Positions 21,942-33,085 of a DNA stretch of 64,000 nucleotides are shown here, piece by piece. The DNA comes from Candidatus Obscuribacteraceae bacterium. GTDB taxonomy: Bacteria > Cyanobacteriota > Vampirovibrionia > Obscuribacterales > Obscuribacteraceae. The notes below the pieces were generated by a model. It was not told the DNA's origin, did no database searches, and was given only the letters and a program-made list of their open reading frames with translations. The position numbers and the translations under genes were made by a program. Positions within the stretch are counted from its first letter, which is position 1; every line of letters begins with the position of its first letter. The stretch spans positions 192,001 through 256,000 of the forward strand of contig JBGAHS010000003.1 in the NCBI GenBank assembly GCA_044226015.1, given 5' to 3'.

Positions 21942-22148
21942 TTACCAGCGAGTAAGTGCTCTCTTTGCTGAGCTTACAATCGCGGCTGCCTCAGTTGGAT
22001 CTTCCACTACGGGAATTTCCATCAGCTCGTAGGGATCAAACATCATGTCGTTGCTCCACTCTCCATGCTTGCAAGAAGCAACAAAATCGTCGTCGGTGGA
22101 CTTTACGGCGATTCGACCATCATCTGATTTATAAACCTTGAAACCCAT
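21942..22148 (-). CDS. Small hypothetical protein, paralog of 22374..22580
   Basis: Shares KSDDGR.AV.S..DDFVAS..HGEW...M.F...EL...P.VED with its neighbour; GGAG RBS. Confidence 0.85.
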   Translation of the reverse strand: MGFKVYKSDDGRIAVKSTDDDFVASCKHGEWSNDMMFDPYELMEIPVVEDPTEAAAIVSSAKRALTRW

Positions 22149-22373
22149 ATCTTTACTCCAACTCTCATCGATGTTGATAATTTACGATTACTCTCTTTGT
22201 GTGAGATTTGCGTGAAGAAACTAAAGAACGCGCTCGAACCACAATCTTCGCCGAAGCCCATCAGAAGCCGCTCCCCGTTATGTACGAGAAGCAAACAAGA
22301 GACAAGCCCGGCACCATATACGGTGCCCATCACCTACAAAGTGATTCTATCCATTTGCGCCATGCAATAAGCT

Positions 22374-22580
22374 CTAGAGCCTACAAAGCGCTTTCTTGGC
22401 TTCCTTCACAATCACAAGTACTTCTTGATCATCTTCGACCTGTGGCATTCCTTCCAATTCCAGAGCCCCGAAGACCATCTCGTCTACCCATTCGCCATGG
22501 TGAAACGACGCGACAAAATCATCGTACTTAGACTGGACAGCCATGCGGCCGTCATCTGATTTATGTACGCGATAATTCAT
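22374..22580 (-). CDS. Small hypothetical protein, paralog of 21942..22148
   Basis: Ungapped 68-aa alignment with the neighbour when started at MNYRV. Confidence 0.85.
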   Translation of the reverse strand: MNYRVHKSDDGRMAVQSKYDDFVASFHHGEWVDEMVFGALELEGMPQVEDDQEVLVIVKEAKKALCRL

Positions 22581-22922
22581 CGCTATCACCCGGAATGAGA
22601 TCTACCACTCATGACATCTACCACTATAGCGCCGACACTCAAATCCTGGGGACTTTTTGCCTCACGGGGATATATACATTGTTACATGTAGCTCATATTA
22701 CATACTTTCCAGCAAGTTTTGAGACGAACAGCGACAAATGCTTAACTAGAAAGGACTTTCGCGGATTCTGAAACACTTCAAAAAACCTGGCATCGCCCAA
22801 TCACAAATCAGCACGAATGTCATGCTGTGTCAGAAACTCACAGATACCACAGTCCCAGTTTTAGCTTAGTAAGCGCATTGCGTCATCAGATTCGAATTAA
22901 TAACACAATCCGCTACAAACTC

Positions 22923-22952
22923 TTGACCATATTAGACGACCGGTCTAATATG
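22923..22952 (+). promoter_or_regulatory. Sigma70-type promoter overlapped by a palindromic TetR-type operator
   Basis: TTGACC-17bp-TAATAT; perfect inverted repeat CATATTAGAC-n5-GTCTAATATG (22928-22952). Confidence 0.75.
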
Positions 22953-23063
22953 AATACATAGTTTTTTTCAAGGTCTTAGCCGTGATTCGTATTCATTTCA
23001 ATCCTCCACCAAATAAACGCTGTTGCTAACGAAGCACGCCGGTTATTTGCGCTTTCTGGGGAA

Positions 23064-24074
23064 TTGAAAATGGACGACAGAACTTTGAAATACAAGATTA
23101 TTGCTGCTTTTGCTGCTGTTTACTTTTTTTGGGGCTCAACCTTCATTGCAATTAGATTTGCAGTGGAATCAATACCTCCATTTTTGATGGCTTCGAGCAG
23201 ATTTCTCGTTGCAGGAGCCATACTCTACTTATTCGCGCGCATTAAAGGCGCAGCAGTGCCAGCGCTCAAACAGTGGCTGCCTGCTTTTGCAATGGGTGCG
23301 CTGCTTCTGGTTTTTGGAAACGGCTCGGTAGTCATCGCCGAAAAGACCGTGCCATCAGGAGTGGTATCACTACTAATCGCGATGGTTCCAATCTATTTCG
23401 CCGTCCTCGAATGGATAAAGCCAGGCGGAAAAGCACCGAACTTCAAAACGTCCATCGGACTAATCATTGGAACCGTAGGACTCTTGCTCTTAATTGGTCC
23501 ACATAAAATAATAAGCGGCACATCAGATATTGACCTCAAAGGTGTCTTCATCGTTCTTGGCGGGTCACTCGCCTGGTCGATCGGCTCTCTTCTGTCAAAG
23601 ACCGTAAGAATTAGTGAGAATCCAACAATGGGACTCGCAATGCAAACGCTGGCAGCGGGAGTAATGATGATTGTTCTTTCTTGCGGTTTTGGCGAAATTG
23701 CAAGCATGCAGTTTTCCGCGGTGTCGGCGAAATCATTGATCTCTTTGCTCTACCTAATAGTGTTCGGCTCACTTGTTGGATTCACTTCTTATGTATGGCT
23801 GCTGCAAACGGTATCACCAACCCTGGTGGCGACATATGCCTACGTCAACCCTGTAATTGCAGTTCTGCTTGGGTGGTTGCTTGCTGGTGAGAAAGTAACT
23901 GGTGACACCATGCTGGCCGGCAGCGTCATTCTCATGGCAGTTTGGCTCATAACTCAGTCGAAACGAGCAGTTGTATCTTCCGATAAGATTAAAGTCTCAG
24001 ACGAAGCGAACGAAGTTTCTCAAGCTAAGCAGACTCTAGAGCCAAGCTACTCAAAGATTGTTGCAACTGAGTAG
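23064..24074 (+). CDS. EamA/DMT transporter (YedA-like)
   Basis: About 10 TM helices; VYFFWGSTF, RFLVAG, YAYVNPVIAVLLG. Confidence 0.93.
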   Translation: MKMDDRTLKYKIIAAFAAVYFFWGSTFIAIRFAVESIPPFLMASSRFLVAGAILYLFARIKGAAVPALKQWLPAFAMGALLLVFGNGSVVIAEKTVPSGVVSLLIAMVPIYFAVLEWIKPGGKAPNFKTSIGLIIGTVGLLLLIGPHKIISGTSDIDLKGVFIVLGGSLAWSIGSLLSKTVRISENPTMGLAMQTLAAGVMMIVLSCGFGEIASMQFSAVSAKSLISLLYLIVFGSLVGFTSYVWLLQTVSPTLVATYAYVNPVIAVLLGWLLAGEKVTGDTMLAGSVILMAVWLITQSKRAVVSSDKIKVSDEANEVSQAKQTLEPSYSKIVATE

Positions 24075-24200
24075 AAAGGCGTGAGAATAAAAATTCGACA
24101 CAGAATCATTCGAAGCAGAACTTTTTTCGAAGCAGCGCCAAATGCAAAATGCGCACCGATCTTCATTGCCTTGGTTCAAGCAAGCTGCCTATTCGATTAA

Positions 24201-25196
24201 CTAAAAGTCGAATTCTCTAACTCGCTTCAGCGCTTTCTTCACGAACTCCGCGCTGGTCAATTCACCTGCAGACTTATTTGCGATTGGGCGCAGCAATTTC
24301 TCTGCTTGCTCTCGCGATTTCTCGCTTGCAGCCCAGTTTCCCTGGGCTTTCTCAATATCAGAAATGACAAACCAGGTGATTATTCGATATTCTTTATCGT
24401 TGTTATATTCTCCCCATTGAATCGGCTCTTTGCTATCTCCACCGAGCACAGTTTCTTTTAGCAAGCTTCGGGCCAGGGAGAGCGTTTTCTGGCTCTGCAT
24501 GAAGATCACAGCCAACTTAAACTGACCATACGGCATGGTCCAAAATTCTTCTCTAGTTTGTCTATATTTGGAATACTCTTCCATCGCAGTCTTGCTATCG
24601 CCGGAAAGCGCAGAGCAATAAGCCAAATTCAAGTAAGTCAGAAACGGTGGAGATTTCGATTTACCCTTCTGAACTGAAGCTAAATGCTGAAATAACTCAG
24701 CTCTCGCTTTCTTGAGCTGTTCACAAGCCTTTGTATGCCAATAAGAGTAATGTGCTTGATCGTTTCGCTTCTTATAAAGAATGGCTCGGCGCTCCATATT
24801 CGAACCTTCATGCATGAGTTGCCAGGCCGCCTGATTATGCGGCGAAAACTCGGGTCCCTCGTTCAGCTCAGTCATCTTAATGCTGCCGTCAGGCTGATGC
24901 TGGTAAGCTGAAGACATAGCCAAGCTGGCATCACCCTTAGAAAATATATCGGGCCCAATTACCAATTTACTTGGATCAGGCAGTTCCTCATCTGCCCCGC
25001 TTCGTTTAGCGTTGCTTGCCGTAGGCTGACAGTGATCGTCCATCAAGATAACCTTGTGTTTCCTTGCGCTGGGTCCATTTGAGCTGAGATTTGAACTTTT
25101 CACAATAACAGATGTGGCTTGCTGTGCGGAAACAGCGTCCGCCAGACTTGACAAAATCACAATAGAAAGTAGCACGGGTCTAATCAGATTCGTCAA
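24201..25196 (-). CDS. Secreted TPR-like hypothetical protein
   Basis: Signal peptide; YLNLAYCSALSGDSKTA TPR-like helices. Confidence 0.7.
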   Translation of the reverse strand: MTNLIRPVLLSIVILSSLADAVSAQQATSVIVKSSNLSSNGPSARKHKVILMDDHCQPTASNAKRSGADEELPDPSKLVIGPDIFSKGDASLAMSSAYQHQPDGSIKMTELNEGPEFSPHNQAAWQLMHEGSNMERRAILYKKRNDQAHYSYWHTKACEQLKKARAELFQHLASVQKGKSKSPPFLTYLNLAYCSALSGDSKTAMEEYSKYRQTREEFWTMPYGQFKLAVIFMQSQKTLSLARSLLKETVLGGDSKEPIQWGEYNNDKEYRIITWFVISDIEKAQGNWAASEKSREQAEKLLRPIANKSAGELTSAEFVKKALKRVREFDF

Positions 25197-25381
25197 AGAA
25201 TTCTCTCCAAGTTCAATTCAATACCTGCAACCACTTATATCATCAATAAACATGAATTGCTCATTCAAAATGGTGAATGACCTCGTCGCTCTACAGGGTG
25301 CCCTCATTTCACTCTACATGGTCAACGACTGCCGCTTTGCAGCGAAAGGTCCGCATCTGAAATGACTACCCGCCCTCTTAT

Positions 25382-28375
25382 TCAACTTGCAATCGCGAGG
25401 GGAAGTGAAAACCAAAAGGTGGACCCTTTTCCTCTTTCGGAATGACACCCAATGCTTCCACCATGTTGTTCGATAATTGCCTTACTAATTGGCAAACCGA
25501 GTCCAGTTCCATCAAGATTTTGATCATCTTTCTTGCTTACAAAAGCATCAAAAATTTTCTCTTGCACTTCCTTTTCCATTCCTGCACCAGAGTCTTCAAT
25601 TGTAATAATAAACTGACCGTTGCTGTTTACGTGGCTATCAATCCTGATTTGCTGTCCTTCACTGGAAAACTTCACGGCATTGGTTAGCAAGTTAATCAGT
25701 ACTTGAGTAAGTCTTTCAGCATCAGCTTTTATGAGTCTATCTTCTGAGCTGTTCTCAATGCTAATATTCTTTTTCTGAGCAAGAGGCAAAACGCATGCGA
25801 TCGCTCTATCTACAAGAGGATGCGATTGAAGGTTTTCGATGGAGAGAACGAATTTGCCTGCTTCCATTTTTTCTATATCAAGTATGTCATTTATAAGCGC
25901 AATCAAGCGCTCAGTGCCTGACTCTGCCTGCTTCAAGTGCGACATATTTTTCTCTGACATATCACCAAAAGCACCAAGCGAAAGCATATTCAATGACATC
26001 AAAATAGATGCAAGTGGCGACCGTAATTCATGACTTGCAATCGCTAGAAGTTTTTGCTTTAGCTGCTGTTCTTGCTTAAGCGCCTCTGCTGCGTCGTGAA
26101 AAGCCTTGTCTAGCTCAGCGATTTCATCGCGACCTTCGACAGGAGACAGCAGAGCTTGCTTTTCCAAAATTCTTTCCGCATTGTCTTGAACACGATTAAT
26201 TCGCTTGCCGATATTTTGTGCAAGAAACGCCGTCAGTCCGATGGCTCCAAGAATATTCACTGCGAGTCCAGCAATCAAAAGTTTATCAAGATTAAGAGCA
26301 AGCCCTTCCAGATTTTTCTCGTTCTTGCTCTGCAAACTCTCCTCTCTTGCAGCCAGTGTATCAACTTCGTTGGACATCACATTCCACGCATCGAGATATT
26401 CTTCGACCATGCCTGCAGCAGCATTCTTAACTGTCAATTTTCTCTTCTTTTGCTCGTCAACAATATACCGGTGGTCATCATTTATCTTAAGTACAGCCTT
26501 TTCTATTGCACGACAATCTGACTCACGTTCAGGGTCTCCTGCGCAGGTCTTTTGAAATTGACTGAAGGATGCTTTGATGTCAGCCTCCTGCCTGGCGAGA
26601 ATAGGACTTCTGTCTACTTTGCTGGCACCCGTGAGTAGAACCAAAATAGCTGCGTTGGCGAGGTCAGAAACAAGAGCTTCTGACTCAGAGACGACTCGCC
26701 TTGCAGTTGTCTGATTCTCTAGCTGAACATTCGCTTGCTGCAAGAGTACTGCAAATGACGAGAACAGAATAATTTGAGTTAGAAAGGGCAACCCAATCAA
26801 TAACAACCCTTTGTGCCTTATACGAAAACGCATCCCTTGCTTTTTCGATAACCCGACTTTGACGCTATTTCCCGCAGCCGAAACGGCAGAACCCGAAGTT
26901 TGACTGGCTTTTTTCGGAATCAAAATTCTGAAAGTTGCGCCATTTCCAGGCGAAGAAATAATCTTGATGCTGCCAACATGTGCCTGAACAATTGCTTTGG
27001 AAATAGAGAGCCCCATTCCTGTGCCCTTTATTTTTGCGTCCTTTGGCTGTTCGGCTTGAGTGAAAACTTCAAACAATGACTCATGGAGTTCTTCCGGTAT
27101 ACCAGGACCATGGTCTTTTACCGAAATCTCCAATTCATTTTCCAGCTCTTTAGCTGTAAGCAAAATCTTTTCGCCACGCGGAGAGAACTTTATCGCATTG
27201 GAAAGAAGATTGACGATAACTTGATTAAAGCGGTCTGGGTCTATTTCTACAGCAGTGTCACAGCTATCGACGATGAGTTCAAGGTTTTGATCTCTCGCCA
27301 TATCTCTCACCATCTCAACGGCAGATTCAAGCACCGCTGCTGGCTTCGTTACTTTGTAATTTAGCTTGATCTTTTCTGCATTCATAGACTCCAGATCAAG
27401 CAACTCAGTCACCATAATTTGCAAACGATTGCAACTCGTGCTTGCTCTCTTCAGTGCAGAACGAGCCTTATCACTCATAGAGCCTACATCTTCCAGCACT
27501 CTGGCAAGCAAAAGTTTCACAGCACTTAAAGGCGCCTTCAACTCATGGCAAACAACACCCAAAAGTTGTTTCTTGAACTTCTGTGTCTCGATAATAGTTG
27601 CAGCAGTGTCATGAAGAAGTAAATCTAACTTAGCCAGCTCATCATCACCTTGCAACGGAGGTGATAAATCTTCTGTCTTCGCCATTCGACGAGTTGTTTC
27701 CATCAAGTTCTTCAAGCGACGCTCAATGTTAGTTCCAAAAAAAAGCGCCAGCGATAACACAATGACGATATCTCCCAAAGCACCGAAAATCAGGAAATTT
27801 CGAAACTGTTTGCTAATGTCGTTATACAATTTCGGACCTTGAACGACCGACCGAAGCTCAGCGGTTATGAGCGCTCCGATGCCTGAATGCGCCTCATACT
27901 GCTTCCGGTGTTCATACCAATTGAGAAAGTATGATGAAATATACTCCGCCGTTCCATCATCCATCGGACCTGACTCACCATCGTCCCGACGGCGTGCTCT
28001 GTTCATCAGTCCTAAATTCTGAACCTTCCAGATGCGCGTAATGTTTGTCTTCACGCCCTGTACAAGGTGCGCATCTGTCTTCTTGCCTGCCACAGCTTTG
28101 AGCGAGCGATAATTTTCTTTGATGCTTTCCCAGATTTCTTCATAACGGCGGTCAACAGCGGGGATCTGCTCAGCGCCTTTGAGCCCAATAAGAATTGAAG
28201 ATTCGGACAATAGTATTTGAATTCGTTCGGCAAGAGCTATAACTTGCTTGGCATGCACCTCTGCATGCAGCCTGTCCATTGAACGCTGAAGTAAGGAATT
28301 AAATCCGAAAGCAAAGAGCAACTCGAATGCCAGTGGCACGGAAATTAAGATGAGACCTTTGTGTAGAAGCTTCAT
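25382..28375 (-). CDS. Double sensor histidine kinase: two TM-sensor-TM-HAMP-HisKA-HATPase modules
   Basis: H-boxes CHELKAPL and SHELRSPL, two N-boxes (NLLSNA, NLLTNA), two G1/G2 sets. Confidence 0.93.
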   Translation of the reverse strand: MKLLHKGLILISVPLAFELLFAFGFNSLLQRSMDRLHAEVHAKQVIALAERIQILLSESSILIGLKGAEQIPAVDRRYEEIWESIKENYRSLKAVAGKKTDAHLVQGVKTNITRIWKVQNLGLMNRARRRDDGESGPMDDGTAEYISSYFLNWYEHRKQYEAHSGIGALITAELRSVVQGPKLYNDISKQFRNFLIFGALGDIVIVLSLALFFGTNIERRLKNLMETTRRMAKTEDLSPPLQGDDELAKLDLLLHDTAATIIETQKFKKQLLGVVCHELKAPLSAVKLLLARVLEDVGSMSDKARSALKRASTSCNRLQIMVTELLDLESMNAEKIKLNYKVTKPAAVLESAVEMVRDMARDQNLELIVDSCDTAVEIDPDRFNQVIVNLLSNAIKFSPRGEKILLTAKELENELEISVKDHGPGIPEELHESLFEVFTQAEQPKDAKIKGTGMGLSISKAIVQAHVGSIKIISSPGNGATFRILIPKKASQTSGSAVSAAGNSVKVGLSKKQGMRFRIRHKGLLLIGLPFLTQIILFSSFAVLLQQANVQLENQTTARRVVSESEALVSDLANAAILVLLTGASKVDRSPILARQEADIKASFSQFQKTCAGDPERESDCRAIEKAVLKINDDHRYIVDEQKKRKLTVKNAAAGMVEEYLDAWNVMSNEVDTLAAREESLQSKNEKNLEGLALNLDKLLIAGLAVNILGAIGLTAFLAQNIGKRINRVQDNAERILEKQALLSPVEGRDEIAELDKAFHDAAEALKQEQQLKQKLLAIASHELRSPLASILMSLNMLSLGAFGDMSEKNMSHLKQAESGTERLIALINDILDIEKMEAGKFVLSIENLQSHPLVDRAIACVLPLAQKKNISIENSSEDRLIKADAERLTQVLINLLTNAVKFSSEGQQIRIDSHVNSNGQFIITIEDSGAGMEKEVQEKIFDAFVSKKDDQNLDGTGLGLPISKAIIEQHGGSIGCHSERGKGSTFWFSLPLAIAS

Positions 28376-28617
28376 TCATCTGTGCCGCGAGGAATTTGCC
28401 GGTTACCAAGCCAAACAATCATGAGATTGTCTCATTCCAACATGCCCGCATTTCATCAAATTCAAATCGCTGACATTGTTAGATAAAACGGAACCGTTTG
28501 CTAACTTCTACTTGCTGCATCATAGGAATCACGAAATATTGGGAACACAATCGAAATCGAGGTTATCACGAGGTGTCGCATCACGCATGCTATGAGAATA
28601 TGCTCGCGATTATTTGC

Positions 28618-30126
28618 CTACTTTGCGCCGACAGATTGCAGATTTAGAACCTCTGCTGTTTCGGTGCGAATGGAGTGACACAGTGTCGCATCATTAATCA
28701 ATGACTTCCCATAAGATGGAATTACTTCACAGAGTTTTTTCGACCAGCCGTTGGACATTTCACTCTTGAAGCAGCGCTCAAGAACATTCAACATAATCCA
28801 GACAGCAACCGATGCCCCTGGAGAAGCACCGAGCAGGGCTGCCAACGAACCATCAGCAGGCGAAACAACTTCAGTACCAAATTGCAATATGCCACCATGC
28901 TGGGCATCTTTTTTGACAATCTGCACCCGCTGCCCTGCTTGCTCTAATCTCCAATCTTCCTCAAGTGCTTCCGGATAATATTGTTGAAGTGCTCCGAACC
29001 TCTCATGATTTGATTCCAACACCTGTCCAATCAAATATTCTTCGAGCGATAGATTGTCTTTACCAACCGCCAGCATGGGAAGTAAATTATCGGGATCAAC
29101 TGAAGTAAAGAGATCAAGGTATGAACCGTGCTTGAGAAATTTAGTTGAGAAGCCTGCGAATGGACCAAATAATAACGATGTCTTTCCGCCAATTCGTCTG
29201 AGGTCAAGGTGGGGAACCGACATGGGAGGCGACCCGACAGACGCTTTGCCATACACTTTTGCGTGATGGCGCGCAGCTAATTCAGAGCGATCGCAGCGAA
29301 GCCAAATGCCACTAACTGGAAAACCAGCGTAGCCTCGACTTTCCGGAATATGCGACTTCTGCAATAAGGGCAACGAGCCTCCGCCCGCACCAATAAAAAC
29401 GAAGCGCGCTTTCACGTGCTGATGATTTCCTGTTTTCTCATCTCTTACGTGAAGATTCCAGAGCCCATCGTCATCGCGGCGCAGATCTTGTATGCGCTTA
29501 TTAAAACGAATGCTGTAACCTTCCTTGTTCAGAACTGAGTCTAAAAGCAAATTTGTTAGCGCGCCATAGTCAACGTCAGTGCCCGTGTCCATACGAGTTG
29601 CTGCAACTGGAACATCTAAATTATTGCGCCCTTCCATTACCAGCGGAAGCCACTCTAATAGCCGCTCTCTTTCATCAGAGAAAACCATTCCTTGATAGCA
29701 ATGATGTTGCGACAATGTCTCGAATCTCCTTTTGAGAAATGCCACATCATCATCACCAGTCACAAAGCTGTAGTGCGGCACAGAATGAATAAATGACTGC
29801 GGATCTTTTATAGCCCCTTTTTTGACCAGGTAAGCCCAAAATTGACGAGATAAATCGAACTCGGTATTCACCATTAACGCCTTTGAAATGTCTATGCTTC
29901 CATCAGACTTCGCCGGCGTGTAATTAAGTTCACACAGCGCAGCGTGCCCGGTTCCAGCATTGTTCCAGGGGTTCGAGCTTTCTTGAGCCGCCTGCTCCAA
30001 TTTCTCATAAACGCGAATAGTCAAGTTAGGGTTTAGTTCTTTGAGCAACACAGCCAGAGTTGCGCTCATAATTCCTGCACCAATGAGCACAACGTCAAAA
30101 TGTTCTTCTTTCTTATCTTTCGCCAT
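28618..30126 (-). CDS. mqo: Malate:quinone oxidoreductase
   Basis: [46 protein letters not shown]. Confidence 0.97.
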   Translation of the reverse strand: MAKDKKEEHFDVVLIGAGIMSATLAVLLKELNPNLTIRVYEKLEQAAQESSNPWNNAGTGHAALCELNYTPAKSDGSIDISKALMVNTEFDLSRQFWAYLVKKGAIKDPQSFIHSVPHYSFVTGDDDVAFLKRRFETLSQHHCYQGMVFSDERERLLEWLPLVMEGRNNLDVPVAATRMDTGTDVDYGALTNLLLDSVLNKEGYSIRFNKRIQDLRRDDDGLWNLHVRDEKTGNHQHVKARFVFIGAGGGSLPLLQKSHIPESRGYAGFPVSGIWLRCDRSELAARHHAKVYGKASVGSPPMSVPHLDLRRIGGKTSLLFGPFAGFSTKFLKHGSYLDLFTSVDPDNLLPMLAVGKDNLSLEEYLIGQVLESNHERFGALQQYYPEALEEDWRLEQAGQRVQIVKKDAQHGGILQFGTEVVSPADGSLAALLGASPGASVAVWIMLNVLERCFKSEMSNGWSKKLCEVIPSYGKSLINDATLCHSIRTETAEVLNLQSVGAK

Positions 30127-30221
30127 AAGTTCCCACTTCTTTTGGATTTGACAAATATACCACTCCAGCAAACCAGGTTCTATTTGCGATAAAATTCATT
30201 CAAATAATCGGAATCTATGTC

Positions 30222-30731
30222 ATGACCACAGTTTTCGTTGATCTCGATGCAACTCTTGTCTGCACGCGCCAATTGAAGCTATTCGAAGGTGCTCACGCGC
30301 CGGAGAAACATTTTTGGTATGGTTTTCACCGTTTCGGAACTTCTGCCAGACCCGGGGCACACGATTTCTTGAGTTCACTGCGCGAGCACTACGAAATTCA
30401 CATTTTGACCTACGGAAATTCGAAGTTTCAAAAACGTGTCTTGAAGGAGTTGAATTTGCTCAAGCACATTGGCGAAGTCTACGGAGTAGACAATTGGGAC
30501 ACTCTTGCAAAGCCAGAGCGCTTCGTTCTGATAGACGACATGCCACGTGATTCAATTTTGATCAGACACAAAATGGATTGGTTGGGCAAGAATAAGTTTC
30601 GCATGACCGAAAAGGAATTTGAATCCATTCTGGATAGACATCACATTCAATGCGCAGCATTTGAGGGAAACGACACAGCACCATCACTCTCTGACTTACT
30701 GCCAACTATTCACCGATACTTAAGTCCTTGA
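30222..30731 (+). CDS. HAD-superfamily NIF/FCP1-like phosphatase
   Basis: FVDLDATLV, RPGAHDFL, LIDD motifs. Confidence 0.8.
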   Translation: MTTVFVDLDATLVCTRQLKLFEGAHAPEKHFWYGFHRFGTSARPGAHDFLSSLREHYEIHILTYGNSKFQKRVLKELNLLKHIGEVYGVDNWDTLAKPERFVLIDDMPRDSILIRHKMDWLGKNKFRMTEKEFESILDRHHIQCAAFEGNDTAPSLSDLLPTIHRYLSP

Positions 30732-30968
30732 ATGCAAAAGCAGAGACGAATGTGTAAAACGGCATCTCCAACCAGAAAATTAGTGCGAAACCAAACCAGT
30801 CTAAGCGTCAATGAGCCCGGAACCCGCAAGGTTCAGCCATTCGATGCTCAACACCAGCTCGCTGAATACTCAGATGCCGCTCAAAACAGAGCGTTCGAAC
30901 CGGCGTCCGACCGTGTCTTTCCACTTAATGCTAAGACGGGTCGAAAAGCACAAGCAATCTTAATGGTG

Positions 30969-31022
30969 AGGACAAATTAGGGACAAACGGGAGACAAAGG
31001 TGAGACGATTGCGTTCTATTCT
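30969..31022 (+). promoter_or_regulatory. Phased GAC-box promoter, copy 1 (subtilase)
   Basis: GAC at 30971/30982/30993/31004; TATTCT at 31017. Confidence 0.8.
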
Positions 31023-31078
31023 TGCCTCATTGACACATAGCATTCTGAAGTGAATCGCTGACCAACCGGAGAAGAAAA

Positions 31079-32560
31079 ATGAAAGCTCGTACGCAACTAC
31101 TTACTGCAGCCTTCTGTGCACTGTCAGCCCTGACAAGCAACGCAGCTTCGGTCAGCGCGATGGACCTCAAAATGCCCACGCAGAGACCAGTACAAAAGCG
31201 TACAGCACGAATCAATTACACGCCAGATGTACTCATCGTAGTACCAGGCGCAAAAATGGAAAGCAATGAATTGCAGGAGACCATGGAAGAGGCGCATGGC
31301 ACCATAGTTGGTTCACTTGGTGAAGGCGACCTCAAATGCTACGTCATTAAGACTGAAAAGGGTCACTTGGAAGAAACAGAAAAAATGTTCTCCAAAAAAG
31401 ACAAGACTCATTTCGCTTGTGTGAGCAGAAACTACAGTGTGCCCTGCACAATGGTTCCAGATGCGGCGAGCAACCCACAGTTTGCAGACCAATGGCACCT
31501 GCAAGCGATTCACTGCCCAGACGCCTGGAACACAGCCACTGGTAAAGGCGTGCGCATTGCAGTGTTCGACACAGGCTGTTCAGCAGCAAACCCTGACCTT
31601 TCTGGAAAAACAAACAAGGGATTTGATGCATACGGGGCAGTTGGAAAAATAATGGGAGCCCTCGGCCATTTGCCGGCAGTAATGCAACCCGGCGTCACCG
31701 AAGTAGCTGGATTGGCAGCAGGAATGCTTGCTGGTCGTGCGGACCGCGACACCGGAGCCGGCTCACATGGCACCGTAGTTGCCACCACTATCGCTGCGAC
31801 TATGAACAACAATTTCGCTGGCGTCGGAGTCGCACCAAATTGCGGCATCTACCCCGTCCGCATTGCAGAGAACAAGAGCCCGCTAGATAAAGACCATCAA
31901 TACACCACAGACCTCGAGATGATTGCGGGCATGATTCACATACTTTCAAAACCTGACATTCGCATTGTCAACATCAGTTACAACTTCCCAGTGGGCGGTT
32001 TCCACAACGCGGCATTACATCCAGCGTTGCACACCTACTTCAAGAAATACTTTTACGAGCCATATCATAGCGGTCTTATCTTCATGTCCGCTGGCAACGA
32101 ATCGTTTCCCGACCCAACACCACCAGTTCCTTATCTGTGCGTTGTAAGTGCAGTCGATAGAGATGGCAAAATTGCCGACCTGGAAACATGGGGGTCAAAC
32201 TATGGACCAGCAGTAATGTTCACAGCGCCGGGCGTGCAGATTGGTTGTTCTAACAAAGAAAATAAGCCAAAAACAACAGATGGAACATCGCTTTCCTGCC
32301 CCATAGTTGCTGGCGTAGCAGCGCTCATCATGGACAAAAAACCAATGGCTCCAAACATCGAAATTCTGCGAACAATGATTGCAAGCTGCAAGAAAATCAA
32401 AGGCGCTCCGGTCTTCACACCCTATTACGGCTGGGGCATGCCCGATGCCTACGCAGCAGTGACGGGCAAAGAACCGCATCCGCCAGCGGCAGAACCTGGC
32501 AACTCAGCACCAGTCTACAATGCGACAGCTGGACATGCCGCTCGACGTTCAAGCAAGTAA
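31079..32560 (+). CDS. Secreted S8 subtilisin-like serine protease
   Basis: Signal peptide, pro-domain, triad VFDTG / SHGT / GTSLSCP, oxyanion SAGN. Confidence 0.95.
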   Translation: MKARTQLLTAAFCALSALTSNAASVSAMDLKMPTQRPVQKRTARINYTPDVLIVVPGAKMESNELQETMEEAHGTIVGSLGEGDLKCYVIKTEKGHLEETEKMFSKKDKTHFACVSRNYSVPCTMVPDAASNPQFADQWHLQAIHCPDAWNTATGKGVRIAVFDTGCSAANPDLSGKTNKGFDAYGAVGKIMGALGHLPAVMQPGVTEVAGLAAGMLAGRADRDTGAGSHGTVVATTIAATMNNNFAGVGVAPNCGIYPVRIAENKSPLDKDHQYTTDLEMIAGMIHILSKPDIRIVNISYNFPVGGFHNAALHPALHTYFKKYFYEPYHSGLIFMSAGNESFPDPTPPVPYLCVVSAVDRDGKIADLETWGSNYGPAVMFTAPGVQIGCSNKENKPKTTDGTSLSCPIVAGVAALIMDKKPMAPNIEILRTMIASCKKIKGAPVFTPYYGWGMPDAYAAVTGKEPHPPAAEPGNSAPVYNATAGHAARRSSK

Positions 32561-33085
32561 CTACACTCAAAGGAAAATCATTTATCCAGAACATCGAATG
32601 GCGACAGAGGCTCGATGTGATCGTTGATTTGTTGCGCGCAATTCGATCTCGCTTCGAAATCGGTGTGAAAATGCAACTTATCTGGTCAAACGGCGATATG
32701 CACTGCATCAATGACCGAGCCACTGCAGAATGGATGGATACGACCAGGGTCGAAATATTGGAACTTTTTGCATCGATTGCAAACGAGGCCGGTATACAAC
32801 CTCCTCGAACAGCGCTTCGTCCTCGCTGGTGAATTGACGGTCCGTTCGGTTGATCTGGCCTATCCCGAAAAAATTGCTTAACAAGAGTAAACTGGCGCTA
32901 GGGCTTGAAAGATTTAGAGAGCATACAGCTGAACATAACTGTGTCGAGCGTGTGCAAATCAAGGCTATTTTCAAATACAGTCTCAAGTAACAGGTGCTTG
33001 CACTTTTGAATCTTGTATGAACTAACAGTTTCCGCTGGCAGGAAAGACTCCAATGTCGGGAATATTGGTTACAGAGGTGGAAAAG

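Noticed and set aside
30732..30980. ORF directly after the phosphatase TGA as a second read-through case
   Set aside because: The upstream HAD domain looks complete, there is no redox-motif context, and the ORF runs into the subtilase promoter.
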